This document shows, piece by piece, positions 13,056 to 24,270 of a stretch of 64,000 nt of DNA. The stretch lies in NCBI GenBank assembly GCA_002104945.1, contig MCFH01000077.1, positions 124,001 to 188,000 on the forward strand, written 5' to 3'. This stretch comes from Piromyces finnis finn. Lineage: Eukaryota; Fungi; Neocallimastigomycota. The position numbers and the translations under genes were made by a program. The number at the start of each line of letters is the position of its first letter. Positions within the stretch are counted from its first letter, which is position 1. The notes under the pieces were generated by a model, which saw only the letters and a program-made list of their open reading frames with translations, was not told the origin of the DNA and did not search any database.

Positions 13056-14143
13056 TCAAGGAAAAATAAGGCACATGAATATTCTAAATTTTTTTCATTA
13101 ATAATAATATTTTTAGATTTAATTATTTCAATAATTTTATTCATTATAAAGGTATTAAATAGGGGTACTCTTTTTCTGAAATCGTTTACACTTATATAGC
13201 AGCAGGTAGATGAATCGAATACACTTTTAAATTCATTGCATGCTATGGAAAGGTATATCGGTAGAGTTTTACGTAGATAGTTTTTGGAATATTGAAAATT
13301 GTCTATGGTATCGGTGTTGGTGTTGGTATTATTAGAATTAATTTCTGACTGATTATCACATATTAAAGACTCAATGGAAGCATTTTGTAAGGCGTTGTTA
13401 TACATTAAAGCTTGATTATACTTTTTTTCGCTAATAATATACTTAACATAATCAATGCTGTAATTTATCGAATTTTCATATTCGCATTCATGATCACTGT
13501 TATAAGCCATGTATAGATAAATATTAACATTTCTTTGGTGTGGTGGTAAAGCGTCATGAGATCCCACTCTACGAATTCGGCCGATAATTTGGTTAATTTT
13601 TTCATAATTCCAGTGCGGTGTCAATATGTGTAATTGGCGAATATTCATGATATCTACACTTTCCGATAATATATCACTTCCAAGAAGTACTTTAATAGTT
13701 GTACCATTTCTATTACTTGTATCATTAAATATGCCTAAGCGTTCCATAACGTTTGGGCATAGTCTCTTATCTCCGGTAACAAAGGTAAAATTCCATTTTT
13801 TCTTGTTTCTGTTTATTCGCATTTCTTTTAATTCCGGATAGTTAATATTTTCATTTAAAGATAACTTTTGTCCGAATTTTAATGCTGATTTTTTATCATA
13901 AATGTATTTATAGCCCATTTCACAGAGTAATGCAGCAAAATAATAAATACCTACTTCATCAATAATATTACAGTAAATAAAAACAGGACCATCCGGACTA
14001 TTTTCACTATTAATGATTTTAAGGCATTCATGTAATTTACAGCAGTAGTTTTCAAGTTTCTTTGATTGTTTTCTTATAATATTCTGAATAATACTGTTAC
14101 TATTAATAATATTTTCATTTTTTAAAATGTATCGATCATCTGA

Positions 14144-14245
14144 ATTATTATTATTATTATTATTATTATCTTCTGAATTATTATTATTATTATTATTATT
14201 ATTACCTTCTGAATTATTATTATTATTATTATTATTACCTTCTGA

Positions 14246-14277
<32 letters not shown>

Positions 14278-14284
14278 CTTCTGA

Positions 14285-14318
<34 letters not shown>

Positions 14319-14320
14319 GA
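14144..14320. repeat. Compound (TTA)n microsatellite encoding poly-Asn blocks inside the helicase
   Basis: TTA runs punctuated by TCTTCTGAA or CCTTCTGAA, giving (N)n-SED/SEG units on the minus strand. Confidence 0.9.
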
Positions 14321-15820
14321 ATCATCGTTATTAACATCATTTAAAATATTGTCAGAATCATTATCGTTATTTTCATCATCTGACATATTGTCAGAAAAAT
14401 TTTCATTATCATCATCATTTGAAATGGAAATAGAAATATTTTCATCATTATTATTATCTGAAATATTGTTAGATGAACTTTCATCATAATTATCGTGTGA
14501 ATCCTCTTCTTTAAAACCAATTACACCAAGCGTTGCTTTCACATGACTAATTCCAATGTTGCATATACTTTTTGATTCACTAGCTAACGTTTTGTAATTT
14601 TCAAGTTGCAATCCTTTCATGGAAACTTTAAATATTTTAAAGCGTTCAATTCTTGGCACATGAGAACCTATAAAATTAACTGATGTGTCCGGTGGATTTA
14701 ATCCATAATACGATACATGACCTTTCATTATTTCTTCCAATTTTTTCGGTGTTATTTTAATACTGAAATCAAAATCAGGTTTTATTAATTTTACTAAACT
14801 TGTTATTTCATTATAATTATCGAAAATCGGAGTAGCCGACATAAATAAGACTCTCGAATCTTTTATGTTATTTAAAAATTTAAGTAATTTATTATATATA
14901 ATTTTATTACCAACTGTATTTCGAAAATGGTGTATTTCGTCAATGATTAAAAGCCTATTTTCATATAACGAAATATCTTTTATGGTTTCAACGGATTTAC
15001 AAAAAGTAATGTAGGTATGAAATTCGATGTATCTTTTTATAAATTGGTGATAATTGGTAATACCGGTTGGAGGTTGACGATAATTGTATGTGTAAGCGTA
15101 CCATAACGCGACTCTCTGTTTAAATTCCATAATGGCCTCTTTACTTTTTACCAATATAATACTTGGTTTTTTATAAATATCAATGAAATTCAATAAAATC
15201 CATAGAGCTGTAAATGATTTCCCAGTACCCGGCGAATGATAAATTAGAAATCTTTTAGCTATTTCATTTTCATTTGTCATATATCGTACAGGTAAAATTT
15301 GATATCGCTTCATATGGAGATTCTCTTCAATCAATTTTTCTTCAGTATATATTTCTTTGAATTCCCGATATTTACAAAGTTCTTGAATATCTGAATATGT
15401 CATATTTTTATTCTATATAAAATGAATTAAAATGAAATGATGGAACTTAATAAAATGAAAAATCAAATTTTAATATTAATTAATTAAATGGACCAAAATA
15501 AATTCTTGGTAACTTGAATTTTTTGTGAAGGATAAATAAATTTATATATATTTAAATAATCATTTTAAAATTATCGAGTATTTTAAAAATATCTTTAATA
15601 AGTAACAAAAAAGAGAAATCATTATGAATATTTAGATTCATTAATTCTGTTCTATACTACATTTCCTACATACATGATTGGAAAATAAATTAATATAAAT
15701 TTATTTATTTTCTATTTATATATATATTTATATTATATATAATTTATTAAACTGTTTGTTCAATTAAAACATAAATTTATAAAAAAAGTAAATAGTCGGA
15801 TTCGAACCAATGGCATAATC

Positions 15821-16169
15821 CTTTTTTTTTTTACAGTATCAAATATTTTTAAACTTTATTATTAATTTAATTAAAATTATAATACATGTTATAAAAAAAA
15901 CAAAATTAAAAATTAAAAATAAAAAATAAAAAAAAAAAAATGTTTAAATAAACACAAATGAATAAAAAATTGGGTATATGTACTCTTGTAATTTTAATTA
16001 AAGTAAGAAAGCCTCGATTATTATACTAAAGTATAATAATTGTATTTGACTTCCAATGGGACACAGAGCCAAAGACCAAAATTTTATCAAGAAACAAAAT
16101 TATGATCTCCATTGGTTGCGCTGGCCCTCCTGACCTGTCTTACTATTTCTTCAGCATTAATGCTCTTTG
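15821..16169 (-). mobile_element. 5'-truncated LINE 3' end with poly(A)
   Basis: Inverted copy of about 1097-1440. T-run at 15821-15832. Degenerate TSD TGGCATAATCC / TGACATAATCT. Confidence 0.8.
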
Positions 16170-16640
16170 TGACATAATCTATATCAAACTATATAACTAG
16201 TTACCTCTACATGGAGATTGAATTATAAAAGCTATTATAACGGTACTTAGTATTATTATAAATATCAATTAAATAATTTAAGTTTATTATTTTTTTTATT
16301 ATAAAATGAAGAGTATATTATTAAAAAAAAATAATAGTTTAATGTTAATATTCTATATTATATAATAATAAAATAGGTATAAAGTTTAAAATTAAAAATT
16401 ATATATATATATCCATATGTATATATATACAAATACAAATACAAATATAAATATAAATAATAAAATTTTCAATATAGAAGTAAGCTTCTTTATATTTCAG
16501 AAATTTCATTTTCATTATCAATTATATTGAAAAACAATGTGTAATATAAATTAAAGTTTATTTTTTATTCGCCAATTATATTATTTTATATCTTAAAATG
16601 ATATTTATTTTTCTATATATTAATATAAAAATAATTAAAT

Positions 16641-16642
<2 letters not shown>

Positions 16643-16687
<45 letters not shown>

Positions 16688-17219
16688 TTCCGAGTGCATT
16701 TCTCCCATCGATCAGAGTTAGCTCCAATGGTGGTTCTTAGAGAAACGTTGGCTCATTCCTATTGCTAGGTGGTTGTGACCCTCCTGGTCTGTCATACTGT
16801 TTCTTCAGCTTCGACGCTCACTTAATCCATGTACATTAGATGCATGTCGTTGTACGATATTTCACAACTACAATGCTAAGCCTCTTATAGTCAATTTGAT
16901 CACGTGTCAACCGCCCCCTAATGTTTACACTTAAATTGATTAAGGAATATTATGTGTTTTTGGCATAGCCTAAGTCACCACTTATTAAGTTCTAATTTGG
17001 AATGTACCATGTACACTAGACCCTCTCAGGCCGGCTAGACGAGTGTTATTATCATAGTAGTAAATTAGAAAGTTCATTTATACTTACCTGAATATCATAA
17101 CCCAACCCATGGCAAACCCAGTGGGAAAATCCACAGGCACTGACATCTGCGGGGTCGAACCAGAAGCCTTATGTATGCTAAGGAAACGCCTTAACAACCA
17201 GGATAAAAACTGGAACGAC
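16643..17219 (-). mobile_element. tRNA-related SINE, copy 2
   Basis: T42 tail at 16643-16684. Body 16685-17219 has the same 5' and 3' ends as copy 1. TSD ATTAAATAA(T) at 16634-16642 and from 17220. Confidence 0.85.
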
Positions 17220-17353
17220 ATTAAATAATTCTTTTATTGTTTTCTTTCTCTTTTATTTTTCTATTTTTCAAATATATTAATATAAATTAAATATAAAACT
17301 AAAATTAAAAAGTATAAATAAATTAGTAAAAAAAAAATAAAAAAAAATAAAAA

Positions 17354-18202
17354 ATGGAAAATTTAGAAAAATATTATAATACGATTATTGATGAAATCAC
17401 TAATAAAGCTGTAGAGGTTTTCAATAATAGCTATAATTTAGATATTAAAAAAGAAAGTATAATTGAGAATTTAGAAAGTGAAATTAGTAATCAACCACCA
17501 ATAAAAGAAATGAATAAACTTTCCATTAATGATACTTGTATAGCAATCAAAAGGAATAAAACTACTTGCAAAAATAAGTGTACTCCTGGTCATGTTTATT
17601 GTGGTACACATTTACGTTCTGAAGGTAAGTTACCATTACCTGAACACATAAAAATGGTTGCTAATAAATACAAATATGAAATTATTGCTAATACAGTATT
17701 ATTAGGAAATGAATGGATATCTCAAAATAAGTTACCACTAGATTATAATATCAATACTAAATGGCCTTTGAAAATTGAAAGTACTTCAAATTCTGTCAAT
17801 TCTTACATTTTATTTTTTACTGAATTTTCAGGTTATTTTGGAGCTGGAGTATTTGTTATTCATTATATTTCTTCAGATAAAAAGGAAAGCTATTATATGG
17901 CAACACATTATGTTGAAGTTAATAAGTATGGTGAAGATCTCCAATCAAATATGTATGCAAAGGTATCATTAAAATCGATTGATTCACTTAAAGATAAACC
18001 AATATATAAAAAGATTATATCTTTTCTTGGTGAATATGGTATTCCATATGACATTAATGATATTAATAAAAGAATTAGTGATATCACTGAAAATAATCCT
18101 GTTGTAATGTATAATAACATTATAAATGTAATTAATTCTCATTATAATATTATGTATTTTTCTTATGATGCATACATTAATTCTAATATTAATAAAGAAT
18201 AA
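17354..18202 (+). CDS. Intronless hypothetical protein with a C-x8-C-x9-C-x2-H zinc-binding motif (DUF5763-like)
   Basis: Motif TCIAIKRNKTTCKNKCTPGHVYCGTH, recognised by eye as the type common in large DNA virus proteins. Confidence 0.7.
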   Translation: MENLEKYYNTIIDEITNKAVEVFNNSYNLDIKKESIIENLESEISNQPPIKEMNKLSINDTCIAIKRNKTTCKNKCTPGHVYCGTHLRSEGKLPLPEHIKMVANKYKYEIIANTVLLGNEWISQNKLPLDYNINTKWPLKIESTSNSVNSYILFFTEFSGYFGAGVFVIHYISSDKKESYYMATHYVEVNKYGEDLQSNMYAKVSLKSIDSLKDKPIYKKIISFLGEYGIPYDINDINKRISDITENNPVVMYNNIINVINSHYNIMYFSYDAYINSNINKE

Positions 18203-20026
18203 AAAAAAATATTAATATTAATAAAGATATTATATATAAATACAGATATTTAAATTAAATTTAAATTTTATTGTATAAATTTGTTTTATAATTCTATTTT
18301 ATTTTATTTTTTTTTTTAAAAAAAAGGGTTTTAATAAGATTTTTTAAAATATAAATTCAATATAAAATGATATAATAAAAATATCAATAATTTATGAAAA
18401 TGTATATTCCATTTAACCATAATTTATAAAATGCATAATCCATTTGGTAAAAAGAAAAGAAATATATATATTTTAAATTCATATATATACATTTTATTAA
18501 TATATATATTTAATATCTAAGAGAAAACCTACTTAAAATGTATTAGTAATGACTTATTCCTTATTGATTATTAAACATTATTTTAATTAAGTAAAAATTA
18601 TCGTTTTATAATATTTAATTCTATTTTAAATATTATATATATGAAGTAGAAACTATAAAAAAAATAAATATAAAAATAAGAACAATTTAATATTAAATTT
18701 AATAAAATAATAACAAGGTTTTATTAGTGTAAATTAATGATTAATAAATAATAATATTAAATGTTTATATATAAATTTTCTTATAATAAATCAAATTATT
18801 TAAGTCAAAAAATCATTATTTTATATTTATAATTTTCCATTTTATTATTAAACCATTATATATTTGTTAAATAAATATTTTATATTTAAAACTAATTTAT
18901 AAATTATATATATTTTATATTTGTAAAATTGCATATATATGTTTATAACATCTAAATAGTTTAATTCATAGTATATAAAAATATTATATGAATATTTTAT
19001 ATATTTTATTATAATATAGTTTATTTTTTTCTTAAAAAAAAAATAATTTGAAATATAAATATATTTTTTATTTTTTTTTTGAATTAAAATTAAATAGTGG
19101 AACAAAATCCGCAAGTATTATTTAATATCTAAAAAAAATAATTAATTAATGAATGACATCATATTTTATAAATATGGTATATTAATTTCATTTAAAGTAA
19201 TAAAAATTTTCAAAGTGTTGTAATATCATTAAAAATCAGTATAAAAAATCATGCACATATATACCATAAATAGTAAATTTTATGTTAAAAATTAATTATT
19301 AAAAAACAATTGATTTAATAAATTTATGGAATAAAAATAGTTAAAACGTTTTCATTATTTTTTTTAAAAGCATAAAAATTATTCATAAAATATTAAAATA
19401 TTAAAATTTAAAATTTATATTTTTTTACATTGAATATTTGAATAAAAAAAAAAAAAGCATTCCCTTAAACTAATTTAAATAAAAATTTGTCTTTTTTAAA
19501 AAAAAAATAAACATGATGTTTTATCGTTAATTTTATTTTAATAATATTAAAAGCATGATAATTATATAATCTGGATAACCACAAACCGTTATATATTTAA
19601 TTTTTGGGGTTTTAAAAAAAGTATTGTTATAAATACTTTTTTTTCTTTCTAACTTTTTTTATTTTTTAATAGATTTTATTTTAACCACTCTAAAAAAGTA
19701 TTTATTTTTTTATTAAATTATTTTTTATTAATTTTTATAATTAACTAGATTTTTTTATTCTAAATCTATATAATTCTAAATATTAATAGTTTAAATATAT
19801 TTTTATATTCTATAGATTAAAAATAATAATTATGTTTCTTAAAGTTTATACAAACACTCTAAAAAATACTAATTAAAATTTTTATTGAATAAATATTATT
19901 TATTTATTTTTATTTTTATTTATTGTATTTTATTTAATACCGTTTAGTGTATTACTTTTGTTATGTATTGTATTGTTTATTTTTTTTTTATTTTGTAATT
20001 TAGTTTTATTTGCTATTGCGATTAGT

Positions 20027-23000
20027 TTAGTTATTAGTTGGTTCGAGAGGTTCTTCAGTCCAGAGGTTGAAGTAGAAGAGTTGAGTTGTATCGAATTCAT
20101 TACATTCAGTCATCACTAAACTGGAAGAATCAGCTAAAGCAATACATTGATCTGGTGTAATTGGTGATTTGATAAAGTTGCCATCACGATAGAAATCAGT
20201 ACCAGTTTCACCACATTTACCTAAAACTAAAGAACTGTTATCAGAAAGCATGATACAGTGACTAATATCAAACTTCAAGTGGAAATTACCATTATGTGTG
20301 TATGGAATATCCCAGAGAGAGTATGTAGAGTAATCACATTCAGCTAATGTAATTGATGAATCGAGAACACCAGAAGAGTGTACACATTTGTTGGTATCTG
20401 CGTTGTACAAGTAATAAGTTTCAGTGTTAGGAAGTGGAGTGAGTGTAGCGAATGTGGTTTCAGAACCAAGTATACCACACCATAAATTATTTTCGATACC
20501 CCATTGACCATATTCATCAGTAGTAACAACATCAGCATTTGGATCAGAGCAACATGGATAACCTAAAACCTCAGAAAAGCAGACGGTGCTTGGTGTTGGA
20601 TTATGGTCCCAGTTGTAGAACTTTTCATCATCGTTTTTAGCACAAGTGTTCAAGTTCATTTTAATTTCATCTTTATACATATCTTCAGCATTAAGAATTC
20701 CTACGCATTTGTCGCTAGATTCAATCAATCCTAAGAATCCATCATTACCATGGACCATCTTTGCTTGGTCATCACATTTACCTAATTCGAGTGAACCTGT
20801 ATCAACATCAGCAACACGTAAACAATAATCTGGATGTGCCATAGAGTAGAAGTATCCTTTACGTGAATTCAATACCATCCACTTGGAATAATCAGAATCA
20901 TCACAAGCTTTAACGGTGATTGGCTTATTTGGTTTTTGTGGAGCATATAAACACTTGTTGGTATAGGCATGATAGAACCAGTATACACTATGTCCAGGTT
21001 TAACAGTAGCACTTGGTTTGCTGTTTGTTGGAGTAGAAGAAGGTTCAACAGTAGTTGTAGTAGATTCAGCCATAAGACACCAATTGTTATTTTCAGAACC
21101 CCAATTGCCTTCATCATCAGTGTATATAACTTCAGTAATTTCAGGAGAACAGCATGGATAACCAGCTTTAGAGTGACATTCAGAGGTAGGTTCAGGAGTA
21201 GATGTTGAAACTGTAGTAGTGGTATACTTAGGTACAATAATGATTTCGCGCTCAGCTTCAAACTCTGGATTCTTTGTAATCACTTCCTCAATAGAATCAA
21301 CAATCTTACCATTCCATCTTTCAATGTACCACTCAGAATATTCATCTTTACTTGTTTCAAATTTCAAGCCGCTACTATTTTTAGTTTTGCCGTTCAAACA
21401 AATTTCTGGATCTACACTGTTCTTGAGGCAAATGTATTTGTTGTCAACTATTTTAAAGTGAATATGATGGTTAATTGTTTCATCAGGTTTGCTACAATCA
21501 AACATTCTTGGATCTTGAGAATTCATAGCATACATGCATTTACCAGTAGCATTTAAAACCAATGTTTCATTGTCATAAGTCCATATACTATGATTACAAT
21601 CACCCATCAAAAGAACACTAGTATCTGAATGTAAATTGGTAATAAGACATTCTTGAGTTTTTCTATTCTTAATACGGAAACTATAATCTAATTTAGCTTC
21701 ACCAATACCGCACCATTCGCCATCTTCAACACCCCATTTATTACCATTATCATCAGTATATTGAACTTCAGGATTTACTGAAGAACAACATGGATAACCA
21801 TCATCCAAAATACCAAAGGAACATCTGTCATAACCAATACCACACAATTTACCATTTTCTATACCCCAATTACCAAATTCATCAATATATTCGACTTTAG
21901 TGTTTTGATCATAACAACATTTGTATCCAAGTTCCGAAAATATAGATGAACAAGTTAAATGTTCATATCTTGGAGATTCTAAAGCACTGGGATTAATAGT
22001 AAACTTACCTCCTAAACATTTTGAATTATCAAGTTGTGAGCAGAACTTACCATTCTTTATGATGAATTTTTCATATTTATTATTATCTTCACAATAATCC
22101 ATATATAAATTTTCACCATTAAGATTCAAACATTTAGCATCATAGGATGATACAATAAAATATACTTGACCATTTTGTCTAATAAACCATTTATTCTTTT
22201 TGTTATTAACACATTTATAATTAGTTTTAATTAATTCTTGTGATTGACCCTGATTGTTAATTATTGTTTTACGTTGAAGGCAAGCTGGAATATCATCATT
22301 TCCTGATGATATTTGTATATAATAGTACAAATCGGTATAAATTGAATAATCACCAACTTGAATTTCATTATTTTGTAATTCACCTCTCTTACTTAATACA
22401 TAATTACTACTATCACGAATTTTGCGTGTTAAATGAACATCTGGAAAATCTAAAATCATCCATTGATTGTGTATTTTTGGATTATTATTATTAAAATATT
22501 CAACCAATTTTTTATTTATACTACTAGCATGTGTATAAACACTACTAAAAACTTCCCACACAGCCTGTATATTCATAAAATTTATAGTAAGTACATCATT
22601 ATTATTTCTATCATAAAACATAGTAGTATTAGCATGATCCTTTCCATAAATATTAAAAATATCCTTATTTTTATCCCATGTTGTTAGTATATTATGATCT
22701 AACATATCTTTAATAATAGACCATTTTTCATTAACCCCTGCATTGTAATTATCTTGTACAAGATAATTATTACCATAATCTGAAATCTTTATTCTTGGAA
22801 AACATCCTTCATGGAAATTATTAACAAAATTAACAACATTACTGTTATATAGTGAAGGCCTACGAATTTCGCTAACTTCTGTTGCTGGATATGTAAAATT
22901 CATATAACTAACCCATGAAAGATCATCACAAGAACCCATTCCTGGAATATCTATTTTTTTGCCTATTTGAATTGTCTGATTATTTTTTGTATATTTGTAA

Positions 23001-24040
23001 TCTCCACGTGTATAAATAATTATTGTACCTCTTGCTTTTCCAAGAGTTGGAAATAACTCATTACTTTTATTATCTTGATAAAAATAATCTTTATAAAATT
23101 TTTCATATGGTCTATCAGAATTATTTATACTAAGATTAGCAATTGCTTCATAAAATTCTTCCTCTTTTAAATCACCTTTTTCTTTCATACTACCATCTTT
23201 GTTATACTTATGGAAATGACAATTATCACATTTTAAATGCATAATAACAGTTTCACTTGGATTATAATGTAAAAAATTAATAGCTTCATCAAATACATTA
23301 CTTAAATAGTACAAATCATTAGTTTTTTTATTAATACAATCAAATTTATCGTGAGTAAGATATATTTGTTTTTTTGGATTAGTTTCAAGTCTTATATCTA
23401 AATATCTAATTCCATGCATTAATTGTTGATATATATCTAAAGATTGAGTTCTTCCCCATTGTCTTCTAAAGCCATTTATAATAGGAAAAGAATGCCAATC
23501 TACAGCATATGTTCCACTATCATGAGTACCAGGAATATTAATTTGATTGATCCTTGTATTATTAAGATATTTACTCATCCAATTAGAATCACTGTCTGCA
23601 TAAGTAAAATCACACCATCCATATTCAGTTAAAGCACGGTTATACTCAACATCAATATCATAAACAAGGACATTTGGTTGTAGTTTTATTTTTTTAGTAC
23701 TCGTTGTTTCACCACCGTTACTTGTATAATAACAAAATCCTTCTTTAATATTAACTCTACCTTTGAACTGACATTGATCAGGATCTACTCTAGTAGATTG
23801 ACCAAATTCACCATCTACTTTTTCAGTTTTATAATAACAACCATATATATCATCACTAATTCTCAAAAATCCTTTATCTCTTTTTGTACATATGTACGTT
23901 TTTGAACAATCTTTAAGGCTAAATAAATATGCTTCTTTATCAACATTATCTAATTCAAAATATTTACCTTCATCTTTGGCACTTAATACATATTTAATTG
24001 ATATAAATAAAGTATTAATAAATAATAATGTTAATTTCAT
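20027..24040 (-). CDS. Secreted bacterial-type PI-PLC X-domain protein with ricin-B lectin domains and four fungal dockerin (CBM10-like) repeats
   Basis: Signal peptide MKLTLLFINTLFISIKYVLSA. PI-PLC motifs INIPGTHDSGT, TQSLDIYQQLMHGIRYLDIR, YLTHD. Dockerins of the form GYxCC...DxxGxWGxExxxWCGI (four copies). Ricin-type NxxTxKC and QxF/W repeats. Confidence 0.9.
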   Translation of the reverse strand: MKLTLLFINTLFISIKYVLSAKDEGKYFELDNVDKEAYLFSLKDCSKTYICTKRDKGFLRISDDIYGCYYKTEKVDGEFGQSTRVDPDQCQFKGRVNIKEGFCYYTSNGGETTSTKKIKLQPNVLVYDIDVEYNRALTEYGWCDFTYADSDSNWMSKYLNNTRINQINIPGTHDSGTYAVDWHSFPIINGFRRQWGRTQSLDIYQQLMHGIRYLDIRLETNPKKQIYLTHDKFDCINKKTNDLYYLSNVFDEAINFLHYNPSETVIMHLKCDNCHFHKYNKDGSMKEKGDLKEEEFYEAIANLSINNSDRPYEKFYKDYFYQDNKSNELFPTLGKARGTIIIYTRGDYKYTKNNQTIQIGKKIDIPGMGSCDDLSWVSYMNFTYPATEVSEIRRPSLYNSNVVNFVNNFHEGCFPRIKISDYGNNYLVQDNYNAGVNEKWSIIKDMLDHNILTTWDKNKDIFNIYGKDHANTTMFYDRNNNDVLTINFMNIQAVWEVFSSVYTHASSINKKLVEYFNNNNPKIHNQWMILDFPDVHLTRKIRDSSNYVLSKRGELQNNEIQVGDYSIYTDLYYYIQISSGNDDIPACLQRKTIINNQGQSQELIKTNYKCVNNKKNKWFIRQNGQVYFIVSSYDAKCLNLNGENLYMDYCEDNNKYEKFIIKNGKFCSQLDNSKCLGGKFTINPSALESPRYEHLTCSSIFSELGYKCCYDQNTKVEYIDEFGNWGIENGKLCGIGYDRCSFGILDDGYPCCSSVNPEVQYTDDNGNKWGVEDGEWCGIGEAKLDYSFRIKNRKTQECLITNLHSDTSVLLMGDCNHSIWTYDNETLVLNATGKCMYAMNSQDPRMFDCSKPDETINHHIHFKIVDNKYICLKNSVDPEICLNGKTKNSSGLKFETSKDEYSEWYIERWNGKIVDSIEEVITKNPEFEAEREIIIVPKYTTTTVSTSTPEPTSECHSKAGYPCCSPEITEVIYTDDEGNWGSENNNWCLMAESTTTTVEPSSTPTNSKPSATVKPGHSVYWFYHAYTNKCLYAPQKPNKPITVKACDDSDYSKWMVLNSRKGYFYSMAHPDYCLRVADVDTGSLELGKCDDQAKMVHGNDGFLGLIESSDKCVGILNAEDMYKDEIKMNLNTCAKNDDEKFYNWDHNPTPSTVCFSEVLGYPCCSDPNADVVTTDEYGQWGIENNLWCGILGSETTFATLTPLPNTETYYLYNADTNKCVHSSGVLDSSITLAECDYSTYSLWDIPYTHNGNFHLKFDISHCIMLSDNSSLVLGKCGETGTDFYRDGNFIKSPITPDQCIALADSSSLVMTECNEFDTTQLFYFNLWTEEPLEPTNN

Positions 24041-24270
24041 TTTACTTTTATCACTATAAATATTATAATTATATAACTTGAAAATTGTGGAAAATTCAAA
24101 ATTTGCAAATATAAATAATTATGTTTATTATTATAATATTTGTAGAATAAATAATTAACAATAAAAAATCATTTTAAAAAAAATATTTAAAATATAAAAT
24201 ATTTGTAATATAATTTTAAAAAAAAAAATCATTATAAGAATCTTTATCATTACCATTAAAATTGTATAAT

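Larger units (their letters stand above)
12304..15403 (-). pseudogene. SF2 DExH helicase of the poxvirus D6/D11 (VETF-S/NPH-I)-like type, interrupted by a SINE
   Basis: Motifs YHSPGTGKS, LIIDEIHH, FMSATP, ESVDIMNIRQLHILTPHWN and QIIGRIRRVGSH...RNVNIYLY. Removing the SINE and one TSD restores ...ALFFLESVPNVHF...PQNDN*, 839 aa. Confidence 0.85.

Noticed and set aside
18848-19114. 88-aa I/K/Y/N-rich ORF
   Set aside because: TTG start and composition typical of random AT-rich intergenic DNA.
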